Positions 43,399 to 56,280 of a DNA stretch of 64,000 nt are shown here, one piece after another; positions within the stretch are counted from its first letter, which is position 1; each line of letters starts with the position of its first letter. The position numbers and the translations under genes were made by a program. Under the pieces are notes generated by a model. The model had not been told where the DNA came from and searched no databases. It saw nothing but the letters and a program-made list of their open reading frames with translations. The DNA comes from Mobula birostris (lineage: Eukaryota), in contig NC_092374.1 of NCBI RefSeq assembly GCF_030028105.1, forward strand, positions 175,360,057 through 175,424,056, read 5' to 3'.

Positions 43399-46300
43399 GC
43401 TGGAGGAACTCAGCAGGCCAGGTAGCATCTATGGAAAAGAGTACAGTCAATGTTTCGGGCCAAGACCCTTCAACAGGAGTCTGCTTTGTCTGTTTGTGTA
43501 CAGGACACATCAGCAAGGATTGCAGGAAGCATAGTTCATACAGGGTATGCAGTGGCAAGCATCCCAGCATACTTCGTATTCACTCTGATGAAAAGGGTTT
43601 AGAATCCAAACAAGCTGTGAAAGAATCAGACGCAGCAGTGAGTAGTGCCCTGGTATCTAATGGCCTTGCAGGGGCTGGCAATCATGATTATAAACTTCCC
43701 ATAGTTCCAGTACAAGTGAAGTCTAAAAAGGGTAATGAGACAGTGGCTACTTATGCTTTCCTAGATCAAGATAGTACAACAGTTTTCTCCACAGTGGACC
43801 TCATGACCAAGCTCAACCTCACAGGAAAAAGGACATGCATTCTTTTACAAAATGGGTCAAGAGAATGTAATGAGTAGCTACATTGTTTCAGGATTAGAAG
43901 TGGCTGGCTTAGATGGTGAAAGCTATTGTAAACTACCTGGAAAGTATACGTGTCCACAGAGGGAAAACTCCACGTAGGAGGGATCTCCAGGGATATTCTC
44001 ACCTGAAACATGTCCATTTGCCAGAGATAGATTCAGAGATTGAGCTGCTGATAGGGACAAATGTGCATGAAGCATTGGAGCTGTTGCAAGTGATTCACAG
44101 TGTTAATAATGGACCTTATGCAATTAGAACAATGTTGGGCTGGACTGTGAGTGGAGACGATGGTGATAGGAAAGACTCTGCACAGCCTGAGCTGACAGTT
44201 AACACGATCTCAGCTTTGAACTTGGATAAGGTTTGCCAGTGGCATTTCAAGGCAGACTTCCCTGAATGCAGTCAAGATGAACAACTTGGTTCGTCAAGAG
44301 AAGATCACGTTCATGGAGCAAGTTGCAAATTCTGCAAAACTGGTGGATGGCCATTACCAGAAAAACGGTTAACATGCCAAATAACAATTAGATTGCAGAA
44401 CAGTGTGCTCTAAATCTCAGAGGTTTAGGAAGGATTTGTCATTTCTCACTGACTACACAGATTTCATGAGGATGTAATCTCCAAAGGTTATGCCAAAAGA
44501 GTGTCAGCAGAGGATCTGGAACACAGTGATGGGAAAGTCTGGTATATTTCACATCATGGTGTTTACCACCCCAGAAAAGGAAAACTTCATGTTGTGTTTG
44601 ACAGTGGAATGACTTTTCAGGGAATGCCACTTAATGCTCAGATTTTACAGGGACAAGATCTTACTAGCTCACTGATTGGGGTCATAGCCATATTCGGAAA
44701 CTAACCAGTGGTGATCATGACTGATATTGGATCAAAGTTTCACCAGCAGAATATGCAGATCTACTGAGGTTTCTCTGGTGGCCTGATGGTGACCTCAGCC
44801 AAGATATGGTGTACTATAGACAGGAGATTGAATTTACATTGAGCTGTGCCAACTTTGCCCTGAAGAAATGCACAGAAGACAATGCAGAACAGTTCAGTTG
44901 TGAGACAGTGGGTAAGGTTTTGCATTGCTTCTGTGTTGATGACTGCCTTGTGTCAGTGTTCTCTGAGGAAGAAGTGATGTTTCTCTATCATGACCTGGTA
45001 TCCATTTGTGCTAAAGGTAGCTTTCAACACACAAAGTAGATAGCAACAAACATACTTTGCTAGTTTAAGATCATGATCCAAGATCGATCACTCACTAGAA
45101 GGGGGATCCTCTCCACAGTTAGTTTCATCTATGATCCTTTAGGAATCTTGAGCTTGGAGGTGCTATCTGCTAAGAAGATCCTGTAAGGTCTATGTAAGAA
45201 AGAACTTGTCTGGGATGACATTATACCAACATCAGTTGCTCATGAGTGGACAAGCTGGCTGGAAGAACTCTGACGATTGGAAGATTTCAAAGTTGTTAAA
45301 TATGTGAAGCTCCTGGATTTTGGTGAAGTTATTGCTGCAGTTACACCACTCTACATACACAAGTGAAGAAGGCAATGGAGGAGAGACCTGCCTATTGTTG
45401 CACAACATGTGCTCTCTGGTGCAAAGTGCCTTGTTCATGGGAAGTCTAGGATAGCTCCACTGAAGTCAGTTTTCATCCCCCATAAGGAGCTCACTGCTGC
45501 TACAATGGCAAGCTGTATGGACACATTGTGGAGGAAGGCACATACAGCTTCATGATTCAGTTTATGGACTGATAGTACCTGTGTACAGACGTATATCAAG
45601 AACGAAACTTCCAGGTTCTGAATCTTCATTAAAAAACAGAAATTTTTAAGGTTTCACAGGCATCTAAATGGAAGTATGTAAACACTTAAAGCAACCCAGC
45701 TGATGTGGCCTCTAGTGGGTTGAAGGTGAAAGCATCGCTGAAGAATGAAGCATGGGTGTCAGGGCCTCAATATCTTCTTCTGCCTGAAATCTCAGTTGTT
45801 CTGGAGAACTCCTGCCACATGATCCGGAAGTCAAGAGTAATGTTACAATCAACGCTGTGCAGATTGAAGAGGAGGTGGACCTGGTAATATGTATAATCTA
45901 TTACTTCTCATCTAGGACCCATTTGAGGAAGACATTGGACTTGATTTTGAATTTAAGAACTTGCTCTTGTTTCTTAGTTGGAAGAGGAAGCAATTGAACA
46001 TTGAACATTGCTCTTGCTCGGTTTGGCTTGGATGAGTGTAACAATGATATTTTTGGCGAGAGAGATTGAGGCGGCCAGTGGTCAGATCGCCGAGATTGTC
46101 TCTTGATGGAGGAGCTCAGAAAAGATGAAATAGAGATCAGTTGGTTTTGTCAAAGAGAGGGATTTGCTGATGAATTCTCAAGTTTTCAAAGGGGAGAAAG
46201 CGTGAAAATGAACAGCCATATTTTCAAGCTTAATCCCGTACTTGAAGGTAGTATCTTGGTGGACAGCTTAGTAGGATAGCTATGCCTGAAGAGTCTGTAT

Positions 46301-47667
46301 ATCTTGTTTAACTGGCAAAGGATCTTCATATCTCAGACATCATTCTGAGGCATGCATAGCAAGAGGTGGGACATGGTGGCCGTAACCACGTGTTGTCCCG
46401 GTTGCACCAAACTTACATGGTTCCTAGCATTAGAACAGCTATAAGAAGAATCCTGTCTGTGTGTTGTCTGTTGATAGATGAACACAGCTCCAGGATGCCA
46501 GCAGATGGCAGATCTACCTCTGGATGGACTCTCTCTTGACGGTCCTCCATTTACATGTGTAGGTGTGGGCTACATTGGAACTTTTGCAGTGAAGAGCAGA
46601 AGTACAGTGAAGAGGTATGGGGTAATATTTACCTGTCTAGCTATACGAGCTGTTCACATTGACGTGGCATCTTTTTTGGACACAGACTCCTTTGTTCATG
46701 CACTTCGATGCTTTACAGCAAGACAAGGACAGGTTTGTGAACTGTGCTCTGATAATGCAACAAACTTTGTTGGTGCTGAGCATAAATTGAGAGAAGCCAT
46801 TGAGAAGTGGATCCATTCACAGATCGGTGTTGTCCTTCTCCAGAAAGTAATCAAGCAGATTTTTAACCTTCTGGTTGACTCACATCATGGAGGAACATGG
46901 GAGAGGTTGATCAGGTTTATGTCAAAGGTCCTCAATTCCACCATGCAAGTACAGAATCTTTTCAAAGAGGGTTTCCACACAGTCCTTTATGAAGTAGAGG
47001 CTATTATCAATGGTCATCCAATTACTAAGGCATCCTCTGATCCCTATGATTTGGAAGCATTAACACTCAACTATATGTTCCTTCTGAAGACCTCACCATC
47101 ATTACCACTAGGGGAGTTCCAAAAGGAAGTCATCAATGCTTGTTGTAGGTGGAAGCAGGTCCAAAACATGTCAAACTGGTTTTTGAAATGGTGGGTCAAG
47201 AGTACTTAACATAGTTCCAGTACATCAAAGATGTTCAGGTATAAAGCACAATTTCCTCCCAGGAGATGTTGTGTTTATAGTTGATGACACAGTAACTTGC
47301 GACTTATGGATCTTAGGAAGAGTCATTCAAGTCTTCCCAGACAGAAGCTGATATGTTCACCAGCTGTCTGGACAGGTCTATAACCAATATCTGTCTGCTA
47401 CAGGAGGCAGAAGTTTGATGAAATACAGTTCTAGAAGCTTCACTTCATATTGATTGGCTTCATGACTTTCACTTGAGTTACTGACTCAAGTCACTCTTAC
47501 AGGGCTAAGTGCTGGTAACCTCTGGCCTAGATGATTGTTACATGGTTAGGCTTGAAGAAGAAAGCAGATACTTGCATAACAGTTAAGATGCCGTCCTTGA
47601 AGATTTCAGCTCCTATTTTTGTAGCATGTAGTTGTAATTATCATAGTGTAATAATTAGGAGCAGGGT

Positions 47668-48068
47668 TGTAGGAACCATGTATCTATTTTCTGTCTGTCT
47701 GTATTGTATTTTGTGTTGCATGGTTTTATTATGGGTTATGGTGATTTGTCATGTGGGTTGGGGCATGGTAGAAGCAAATGAGTATAACCATGTATTCACA
47801 CTTTGTGTATTTAGTTTAAGTTAGAGAGAGAATTAGTAGGGTCATGGATTTATTTTGTTGATTGTTAACTTTGCTTATTTTACTATTGCTACACTAATTT
47901 TGGTAGTTTTTTATCTCTATATTAGATAGTTCATCTTTGCTGGTTTTTTAATAAAGGTTTGAATGTACTTTTTTCGATTTGGAACTCAGTTATTTGGAAG
48001 CATGTCATACAATGTTGATTCCCTCACTTAGTATCTCAGTTTTGGTATGTTTTCAAGTAATCACTGCA
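47668..48068 (+). repeat. 3' LTR of the BEL/Pao element (AATAAA at 47950-47955)
   Basis: TG...CA termini; homologous to the 5' LTR with many substitutions and indels. Confidence 0.85.
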
Positions 48069-48372
48069 CCTCCCACTGTCTGCCACCTGCTGCAAGGCAC
48101 AGGTGTGGACAAGGTGAAGCTTTGCCGCTTCCCACATTCATTGATGGATGGAGACTTTGTGCTCCAGAGGACTGCTGGGTGAGGACCAGCAAGAATGAGC
48201 TGTTCAAGGGGATGGGACATTGGCGATGCAAAGAGGTAGAAATGGCGTGTAATAAAAGGCAATGTTACAAAAGTCATGGGGGATTTCAATATGCAGATAG
48301 ACTGGGAAAATCAGGTTAGTGCTGGATCCGAAGAGAAGGAATTTATAGAATGGCTATGAAATGGCTTTTTAG

Positions 48373-49178
48373 CAACATACACAAAAAATGCCGGTGAACG
48401 CAGCAGGCCAGGCAGCATCTCTAGGAAGAGGTACAGTCGACGTTTCAGGCCGAGACCCTTCGTCAGGACTAACTGAAAGAAGAGATAGTAAGAGATTTGA
48501 AAGTGGGAGGGGGAGGGGGAGATCTGAAATGATAGGAGAAGACAGGAGGGGGAGGGATGGAGCTAAGAGCTGGAAAGTTGATTGGCAAAAGGGATACAAG
48601 GCTGGAGAAGGGAGAGGATTATGGCTGATGTTTCTATCCACGGCCTCCTCTACTGTCAGGATGAAGGCACACTCAGGTTGGAGGAACAACACCTTATATT
48701 CCGTCTGGGTAGCCTCCAACCTGATGGCATGAACATTGACTTCTCTAACTTCCGCTAATGCCCCACCTCCCCCTCGTACCCCATCCGTTATTTATCTATT
48801 TATTTATTTATTTTCATTCTCTCTCCCCCCCCCCACCTTTTTCTCTCTCTCTTTTTTTCTCCCTCTGACTCCTTGTCTGTTCTCCATCCTCTGGGCTCCC
48901 CTCCCCGCTTCTATCTTTCTCCCCGGGCTTCCCATCCCATGATCCTCTCCCTTCTCCAGCCTCATATTCCTTTTGCCAATCAACTTTCCAGTTCTTAGCT
49001 CCATCCCTCCCTCTCCTGTCTTCTTCCATCATTTCGGATCTCTCCCTCCCCCTCCCCCTTTCAAATCTCTGACTATCTCAACTGTACCTCTTCCTAGAGA
49101 TGCTGCCTGGCCTGCTGTGTTCACCAGCATTATTTGTGTGTGTTGCTTGAATTTCCAGCTTCCGCAGATTTCCTCGAG
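48373..49178. mobile_element. PLE insertion: inverted terminal repeat, GIY-YIG end and forward terminal repeat, 12-bp TSD
   Basis: ATGGCTTTTTAG at 48361-48372 and 49179-49190 inside a CR1 EN fragment; DEGTLRLEEQHLIFRLGSLQPDGMNIDFSNFR near 48660-48756. Confidence 0.85.
48435..48470 (-). ncRNA. Minimal hammerhead ribozyme motif, intact core
   Basis: Identical to 36592-36627. Confidence 0.65.
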
Positions 49179-49697
49179 ATGGCTTTTTAGAGCAGCTTGT
49201 GGTTGAGCCTACAAGGGAAAAGGCAATTCTGGATTTGGTGTTGTATAATGAACTGGATTTCCTTAAGGAATTTAAAGTAAAGGAGGCAGTGATCCTAATG
49301 TGATAGAATTCACCCTGAAGTTTGAGAGGGAGAAGCTATCATCAGAAGTATCAGTATTACACTGGAGGAAAGGGAACCACAATGGCATAACAGAGGAGCT
49401 GGACAAAGTCAATTGAAAAGAGACACCAGTAGGGTTCAAATTCAGAAATCAGAAGTGCCAGGGAATTTCTCAGAGGTTAACTTGCAGGTTGATTCACTAG
49501 TAACGAAAGTAAATGAACTGGTAGCATTCATTTCAAAAGGACTAGAATATGAAGTCACGTATATAACGTTGAGGCTTTGGTCAGACCACAGTTACAGTAT
49601 TGTGAGAAGTTTTGGATCTAAAAAAGAGATGTGTGAGCATTGCAGAGGGCCAAGAGGAAGTTTGCAAGAATGATCTCAGAAATGAAAAGGTTAATAT

Positions 49698-50841
49698 ATA
49701 GAAACATAGAAACATAGAAAATAGGTGCAGGAGTAGGCCATTCGGCCCTTCGAGCCTGCACCGCCATTTATTATGATCATGGCTGATTATCCAACTCAGA
49801 ACACCGCTCCAGCCTTCCCTCCATACCCCCTGACCCCCGTAGCCACAAGGGCCATATCTAATTCCCTCTTAAATATAGCCAATGAACTGGCCTCAACTGT
49901 TTCCTGTGGCAGAGAATTCCACAGATTTACCACTCTCTGTGTGAAGAAGTTTTTCCTAATCTCGGTCCTAAAAGGCTTCCCCTCTATCCTCAAACTGTGA
50001 CCCCTCGTTCTGGACTTCCCCAACATCGGGAACAATCTTCCTGCATCTAGCCTGTCCAATCCCTTTAGGATTTTATACGTTTCAATCAGATCCCCCCTCA
50101 ATCTTCTAAATTCCAACGAGTACAAGCCCAGTTCATCCAGTCTTTCTTCATATGAAAGTCCTGCCATCCCAGGAATCAATCTGGTGAACCTTCTTTGTAC
50201 TCCCTCTATGGCAAGGATGTCTTTCCTCAGATTAGGGGACCAAAACTGCACACAATACTCCAGGTGTGGTCTCACCAAGGCCTTGTACAACTGCAGTAGT
50301 ACCTCCCTGCTCCTGTACTCGAATCCTCTCGCTATAAATGCCAGCATACCATTCACCTTTTTCACCGCCTGCTGTACCTGCATGCCCACTTTCAATGACT
50401 GGTGTATAATGACACCCAGGTCTCGTTGCACCTTCCCTTTTCCTAATCGGCCACCATTCAGATAATAATCTGTTTTCCTATTTTTGCCACCAAAGTGGAT
50501 AACTTCACATTTATCCACATTAAATTGCATCTGCCATGAATTTGCCCACTCACCCAACCTATCCAAGTCACCCTGCATCCTCTTAGCATCCTCCTCACAG
50601 CTAACACTGCCACCCAGCTTCGTGTCATCCGCAAACTTGGAGATGCTGCATTTAATTCCCTCATCCAAGTCATTAATATATATTGTAAACAACTGGGGTC
50701 CCAGCACTGAGCCTTGCGGTACCCCACTAGTCACCGCCTGCCATTCTGAAAAGGTCCCGTTTATTCCCACTCTTTGCTTCCTGTCTGCTAACCAACTCTC
50801 CACCCACACCAATACCTTACCCCCAATACCGTGTGCTTCTC
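49698..50841 (-). mobile_element. Young 5'-truncated CR1 (uninterrupted RT C-terminal ORF plus tail)
   Basis: [46 protein letters not shown] with no stops to 49796; (TTTCTATG)n tail. Confidence 0.9.
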
Positions 50842-50871
50842 TTACTGGAGAGCAGGAGCCGAGTAGGTGGA

Positions 50872-51372
50872 GAAAGCAACACACAACAATGTTGCTGGTG
50901 AACGCAGCAGGCCAGGCAGCATCTCTAGGAAGAGGTACAGTCGACGTTTTGGGCTGAGACCCTTCGTCAGGACTAACTGAAGGAAGAGTTAGTAAGAGAT
51001 TTGAAAGTGGGAGGGGGAGATCCAAAATGATAGGAGAAGACAGGAGGAGGAGGGATGGAGCCAAGAGCTGGACAGGTGATTGGCAAAAGGGATATGAGAG
51101 GATCATGGGACAGGAGACCCAGGGAGAAAGACAAAGGCGGGGGGGGGGGGAGAACCCAGAGGATGGGCAAGGGGTATAGTCAGAGGGACAGAGGGAGAAA
51201 AAGGAGAGTGAGAGAAAGAATGTGTATATAAAAATAAATAACGGATGGGGTACGAGGGGGAAGTGGGGCATTAGCGGAAGTTAGAGAAGTCAATGTTCAT
51301 GCCATCAGGTTGGAGGCTACCCAGACGGAACATAAGATGTTGTTCCTCCAACCTGAGTGTGGCTTCATCTTT
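50872..51372 (-). mobile_element. PLE 3' end (GIY-YIG end plus terminal repeat); hammerhead GAAA mutated to AAAA at 50939-50974
   Basis: ORF 51271-51492 ends DEATLRLEEQHLMFRLGSLQPDGMNIDFSNFR. Confidence 0.85.
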
Positions 51373-51799
51373 AATTAAACTCTGGCACTTCTTTGCCCAT
51401 ATCTGTAACTGATCTATAACTTGCTGTATTCTTTGATAGCTCTTTACACTGTCCACAACTCCACCAACCTTGGTACCACCTAATCTACCCATCTACATTT
51501 CCATCACAAATAACAGAGGTCCCAGCACCAGTTCTTTACACTTGTAAGAGTTACAGGGCCTGAAATGTCATTCCCCAGTACACGAATGTAAAGGAGAATA
51601 AATGGTTGTTACTCTGAATGCAATGCAGTATTTAAAACACAGAATAAGCATAAAAATCATAATAAATAAAAATATAAAGGCAAGCCTATAAAGCACAATT
51701 CACAAGTGTGGCTGTATATGCATAAGATTAGTTTATATGCATAGACTAATTATATGTACATAAAGTGACAATAGGTACAGGACTAAGTCCCCTTCTCCC

Positions 51800-53290
51800 A
51801 CCGCCACTCCACAATCCCATGTCTCGCAGGTCCCACTGCCAGTTCCTGGGTCTATGGAGACTCCATCTTCCTCTCACCCCACCATCCCTGAACACCCCAA
51901 ACCTCCCTTCTCCTCAGACACTACCAACCTCCAATCCCAGCTTTCATCCGTGCCAGGTTTTCACTATTCCCTCTGACCTTCCCCTCTCTGAAGCAGAACA
52001 TTCTGTGCTTAGTAAGGGCCTCACCTTTGTCTCTCCGCGCCCACACCTCAGTGAGTTCTGCACCCGCCATGACGCTGAGCTCTTCTTCCACTGCCTCCAT
52101 CTTCAAGCCTATTTCTTTGGCAAGGAATCTCCACTCTGCACCGATGACCCCTTATTCCGTCTTCAACCATTCTCCTCTTCCTAGACACCCAGCCCTGGTC
52201 TTCTGCCTGCTCTGGACTTTTTCGTTGCCAACTGCCAACTGCTATTAACCGTCTAGACTTCGACACAAGTCACTCCTTCCAACTTCACTCCTTCCGAACG
52301 TTCTGTTCTCCACTCCCTCCGCACTAACCCTAACCTCACCAACAAACCCGCAGATAAGGGAGGCGCTGTAGTAGTCTGGTGTACTGACCTCTATCTCGCT
52401 GAGGCTCAGCATCAATTCTGAGACACCTCCTCTTACTTACCCCTTGAACAGGACCCCACTAAGGAACACCAAGCCATTGTCTCCCACACCATCACCAACC
52501 TTATTGACTCTGGGGATCTCCCATCCACCGCCACCAACTTCATAGTTCCTGCAGCCCGCACCTCCTGTTTATACCTCCTACCCAAGATCCACAAACCCAC
52601 TTGACAAGGTGGACCCATTGTTTCAGCTTGTAACAATAAACTCAAATGGGCATTCCTCAATTCTGTTTTATCCCACCTACATTTGTGACACCTCACACAT
52701 TCTTGATCTTTTCAGTGATTTCAGGTTCCCTGGCCCCCTTCATCTTATTTTTACTATGGATGTCCAGTCCCTATACACCTGCATCCTCCACCAGGAAGGC
52801 CTTAAAGCTCTCTTTTTTTCTGGACACCAGGCCTAACCAGTTCCCCTCCACCACCACTCTCTTCCATCTAGTGGAACTTGTCCTCACTCTCAATAATTTC
52901 TCCTTTGGCTCTTCCCACTTCCTTCAAACAAAAGAGGTAGCCATGGGCACTTGCATGGGTCTCAGCAATGCCTGGTTGTTTGTCGGCTGTGTGGAACAGT
53001 CTATGTTCCAAGTCTACACTGGTGGCCGTCCCCCACTTTTCCTATGCTACATTAACGCTTCCTGCACCCATGCCGAGCTCATCGACTTCATCCGCTTTGC
53101 CTCCAACTTCCAACCAGCCCTCAAATTTACCTGGTCTGTTTCTGACACCTCCATCCCCTTTTGCGATCTCTCTTTCTCTATCTCTGGAGACAGTTTATCC
53201 AATTTGGGTAGCCTCCAACCTGATTGGATGAACATCGATTTCTCAAACTTCTGGTAATGCCCCTCACCCCCCTCTCCTTCACCATTCCCC
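51800..53290 (+). mobile_element. Penelope-like RT region, decayed, internally deleted and joined to the GIY-YIG C-terminus
   Basis: 51765-52184 (VFTIPSDLPLSEAEHSVLSKGLTF); 52646-53257 (IFTMDVQSLYT..LVLTLNNFSF..VAMGTCMG..LKFTWS..then LGSLQPDWMNIDFSNF). Confidence 0.85.
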
Positions 53291-54113
53291 ATAGTTTTAG
53301 CAAGAGGAACTCTCCTAGGTAGCAGCAGGGTATATGAAGACAGAGTAGGACAGTCACTGTGTCTATGTAGGTCTGAGGTGTGGAGTGTAAGCATTGCATG
53401 GGGGGAATGAAGGGTGCTGAAGGGCTGTGAAGTGGAGTGATGTAGATGTAGATGTAGTAGTGGTGGTGGCAGGGTGGGTTAATAGGTGGAGGTATTGATC
53501 TGCCTGTGGAGAAGGGACTGTTTTTCAGTCTAGTGTTCCCTGCATGACTGCTAGCCTCTTCTCTGATGGGAGAGGGACAAACAGTCCATAACTACGGTGG
53601 GTGGGATCCTTCATGATATTGCTGGCCTTTTCCCAGCACCATTCTCTATATATGTCCTTGATGATGGGTAGGCTGGTGCCAGTGATGTATTGGGCAGTTT
53701 CAGTTACCCATCATAGAGCCTTCCTGTCTGCTGCAGTACAGTTTCCATATCACACGGTGATGGAACATGTTAGCATGTTCTCAACTTTGCATCTGTAGAA
53801 GGTCTTGAGTGTTGATGTGCGTAGTTATGCTCTCTTCTGCATCTTTAGAAAATACAGGCATTTGTGAACTTTCCTGACTGTACAGGAAGTGTTCTTGGAC
53901 GATGAGAGATGATTCAAGATGTGCACTCCCAGGAGATTGAAACCGCTTGCAATTTCCACCACTGTGCCACTGATATGAAGAGGGATGTGAGTGGTGCAGA
54001 TTTTCCTGAAGTCCATAACCATCTCCTTTGTCTTGTTGGCATTGAGGAAAAAGTTATTTGCCTGAAACCAGGTTTAGAGCTTCTACCTCCTCTCTACAAG
54101 GCCATCTCAACGT

Positions 54114-54826
54114 TAAGGTACCGGTGACCCCTATTTCCATCCAGGAGGTCAGTGTGGACATGGTGGAGGATTACAAATACCTGGGGATACGAATTGACAA
54201 TAAACTGGACTGGTCAAGGAACACTGAGGCTGTCTACAAGAAGGGTCAGGGCCGTCTCTATTTCCTGAGGAGACTGAGGTCCTTTAACATCTGCTGGACG
54301 ATGCTGAGGATGTTCTATGAGTCTGTGGTGGCCAGTGCTATCATGTTTGCTGTTGTGTGCTGGGGCAGCAGGCTGAGGGTAGCAGACACCAACAGAATCA
54401 ACAAACTCATTTGTAAGGCCAGTGATATTGTGGGGATGGAACTGGACTCTCTGACGGTGGTGTCTGAAAAGAGGATGCTGTCCAAGTTGCATGCCATCTT
54501 GGTCAATGTCTCCCATCCACTACATAATGTACTGGGTGGGCACAGGAGTACATTCAGCCAGAGACTCATTCCACTGAGATGCAACACAGAGCATCATAGG
54601 AAGTCATTCCTGCCTGTGGCTATCAAACTTTAAAACTCCTCCCTTGGAGGGTCAGACACCCTGAGCCAATAGGCTGGTCCTGGACTTATTTCATAATTTA
54701 CTGGCATAATTTACATATTACTATTTAACTATTTATGGTTCTATTACTATTTATTATTTATGGTGCAACTGTAACGAAAACCAATTTCCCCCGGGATCAA
54801 TAAAGTATGACTATGACTATGACTAT
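54114..54826 (+). mobile_element. Rex1/Babar 3' fragment
   Basis: ORF 54058-54633 nearly identical to 2377-3087; (TATGAC)n tail. Confidence 0.85.
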
Positions 54827-55189
54827 AATATTGTTGGTGATGAGCCTCATCACTGTCATGTCATTGGTGAACCTGACAATGGGATTGCTCGGGGTGGCTG
54901 TGTAGTCTTGCATAAGCTCAGCACACAGCCCTCTAAGAGGCAATAATTCACAAAAGCCCACTACCATCACCCTCGGTCTCCTATTGCCAAGTCAAGTTTG
55001 GATCCAATTTGCCCCTTTGCTCTGCATTCCATGGGCCCTAGCCTTCTGGACCAGTGTCCTATGGGGGACCTTGTCAAGTACCATACACTGCATCCACCAC
55101 GGTCACTGCACTGTCCTTATCAATAAATTTTGTTATCTCCTCAATGAATACAATCAGAATGATTTGCCTTTGACCAGGATCAGGAACCA

Positions 55190-55749
55190 GGATCCCCCAG
55201 TGACTGCCCATGTTAACTTCATTTCCCATTCCAATTCCAACATGTCAATCCATGGCCTCCTCTACTGTTGTGATGAGGCAACACTCAGGTTGGAGGAACA
55301 AATCCTTATATTCTGTCTGGGTTGTCTCCAACCTGATGGCATGAACATCAATTTCTCGAACTTCCGGTAATGACCCTCCCCTCTCCTTCACCATTCCCCA
55401 TTCCCTTTTCCCTCTCTCACCTTATCTCCTTGCCTGCCCATAGCCTCCTTCTGTTTCTCCTCCCCCTTTTTTTCTTCCATGGCCTTCTGTCCTCTCCTAT
55501 CAGATTTCCCCATCTCCAGCCTTTTATCTCTTTCACCAATCAACTTCCCAGCTCTTTACTTCACCCCTCTCCTAGTTTAACCTATTACCCTGTGTTTCAC
55601 CCTCCCCTCCCCCCAACTTTTAACTCTGACTCTTCATCTGTTTTTTCTCCAGTCCTACTGAAGGATCTTGGCCCGAAAAGGTCAACTGTACTCTTTCCCT
55701 TGGATGCTGCCTAACCTGCTGAGTTCCTCCAGCATTTTGTGTGTGTTGC
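55190..55749 (+). mobile_element. PLE 3' end, sense to the MHC transcript, hammerhead core degenerate
   Basis: DEATLRLEEQILIFCLGCLQPDGMNINFSNFR; AGTC-CTACTGA-AGGATCTTGGCCC-GAAAAG-GTC-AACT near 55652-55688. Confidence 0.8.
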
Positions 55750-56106
55750 CAGGATCATTCAACCTCTTGTTATGATTAATACTCCCTAATCCAGCCAACC
55801 AGTTTGTGAAACTCTTCTATACCCTCTTTAAAGTCTTCACGTCCTTCTGTAATGTAGTGACCAGAATTGCACACAATACTCATGCTAAATTGTCTCCTCT
55901 GTTCCATGTTTGTGTCAAGCCTCCTCTATGTTTTCCGACATCATGATAATGAATAAATCTGCTGACAGCAGCTTGCAATGAGTTGCCAGGTTCTAGTATG
56001 ATCTTGAGGCCCAACAACATCCTCTTGATATCAGTATGAATTAGGCTCCCGATGTAAATTATCCTCTGTGAGATATGTCCTTATTAACCTCTCTTTCTTC
56101 CTCCAG

Positions 56107-56255
56107 ATTAACAGTCCAGGGCCCGCCCAGCGTCTGCCTCCACCTAGCGGTTCATCTCAGCCCACTTGTGAGACTAGCATTTACTCCACGAATCCAACGG
56201 GTACAACCCAACTGAAGCCATTCCTGCAGCAATAAATACTTGACTTCAGTAACCT
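56107..56255 (+). other. mhc2a: Probable non-coding exon 5 (3' UTR) of the MHC class II alpha gene
   Basis: Pyrimidine tract CCTCTCTTTCTTCCTCCAG ending 56106, non-repetitive sequence, AATAAA at 56231, GT-rich tract downstream. The end coordinate is an estimate. Confidence 0.65.
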
Positions 56256-56280
56256 GTGTCTGTTCGTCTGTTTGTTGTAC
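56231..56280 (+). terminator. Polyadenylation signal and GU-rich downstream element
   Basis: AATAAA 56231-56236; TGTGTCTGTTCGTCTGTTTGTTGT about 20-45 nt downstream. Confidence 0.65.

Larger units (their letters stand above)
41802..48068 (+). mobile_element. BEL/Pao LTR retrotransposon, full length but decayed, in intron 4
   Basis: LTRs 41802-42231 and 47668-48068; purine tract before 47668; gag knuckle CFVCLCTGHISKDC; protease TYAFLDQDS; RT KVWYISHHGVYHPRKGKLHVVFD and FCVDDCL; C-terminal integrase 46478-47209 (PPFTCVGV..RYGVIFTCLAIRAVHID..SDNATNFVGA). This domain order is typical of BEL/Pao. Confidence 0.9.

Noticed and set aside
46478-47209. 243-aa integrase ORF as a possible domesticated gene
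   Set aside because: Part of a BEL/Pao element broken by stops and frameshifts; conserved motifs are eroded and the ORF is truncated.
41797-48073. TSD of the BEL/Pao element
   Set aside because: Flanks (AACTC versus CCTCC) match only partially depending on register, so no TSD is claimed.
49796-51271. Longest ORF (491 aa, minus strand)
   Set aside because: Chance in-frame fusion of a pyrimidine-rich PLE terminal repeat to a 5'-truncated CR1 RT; not a host gene.
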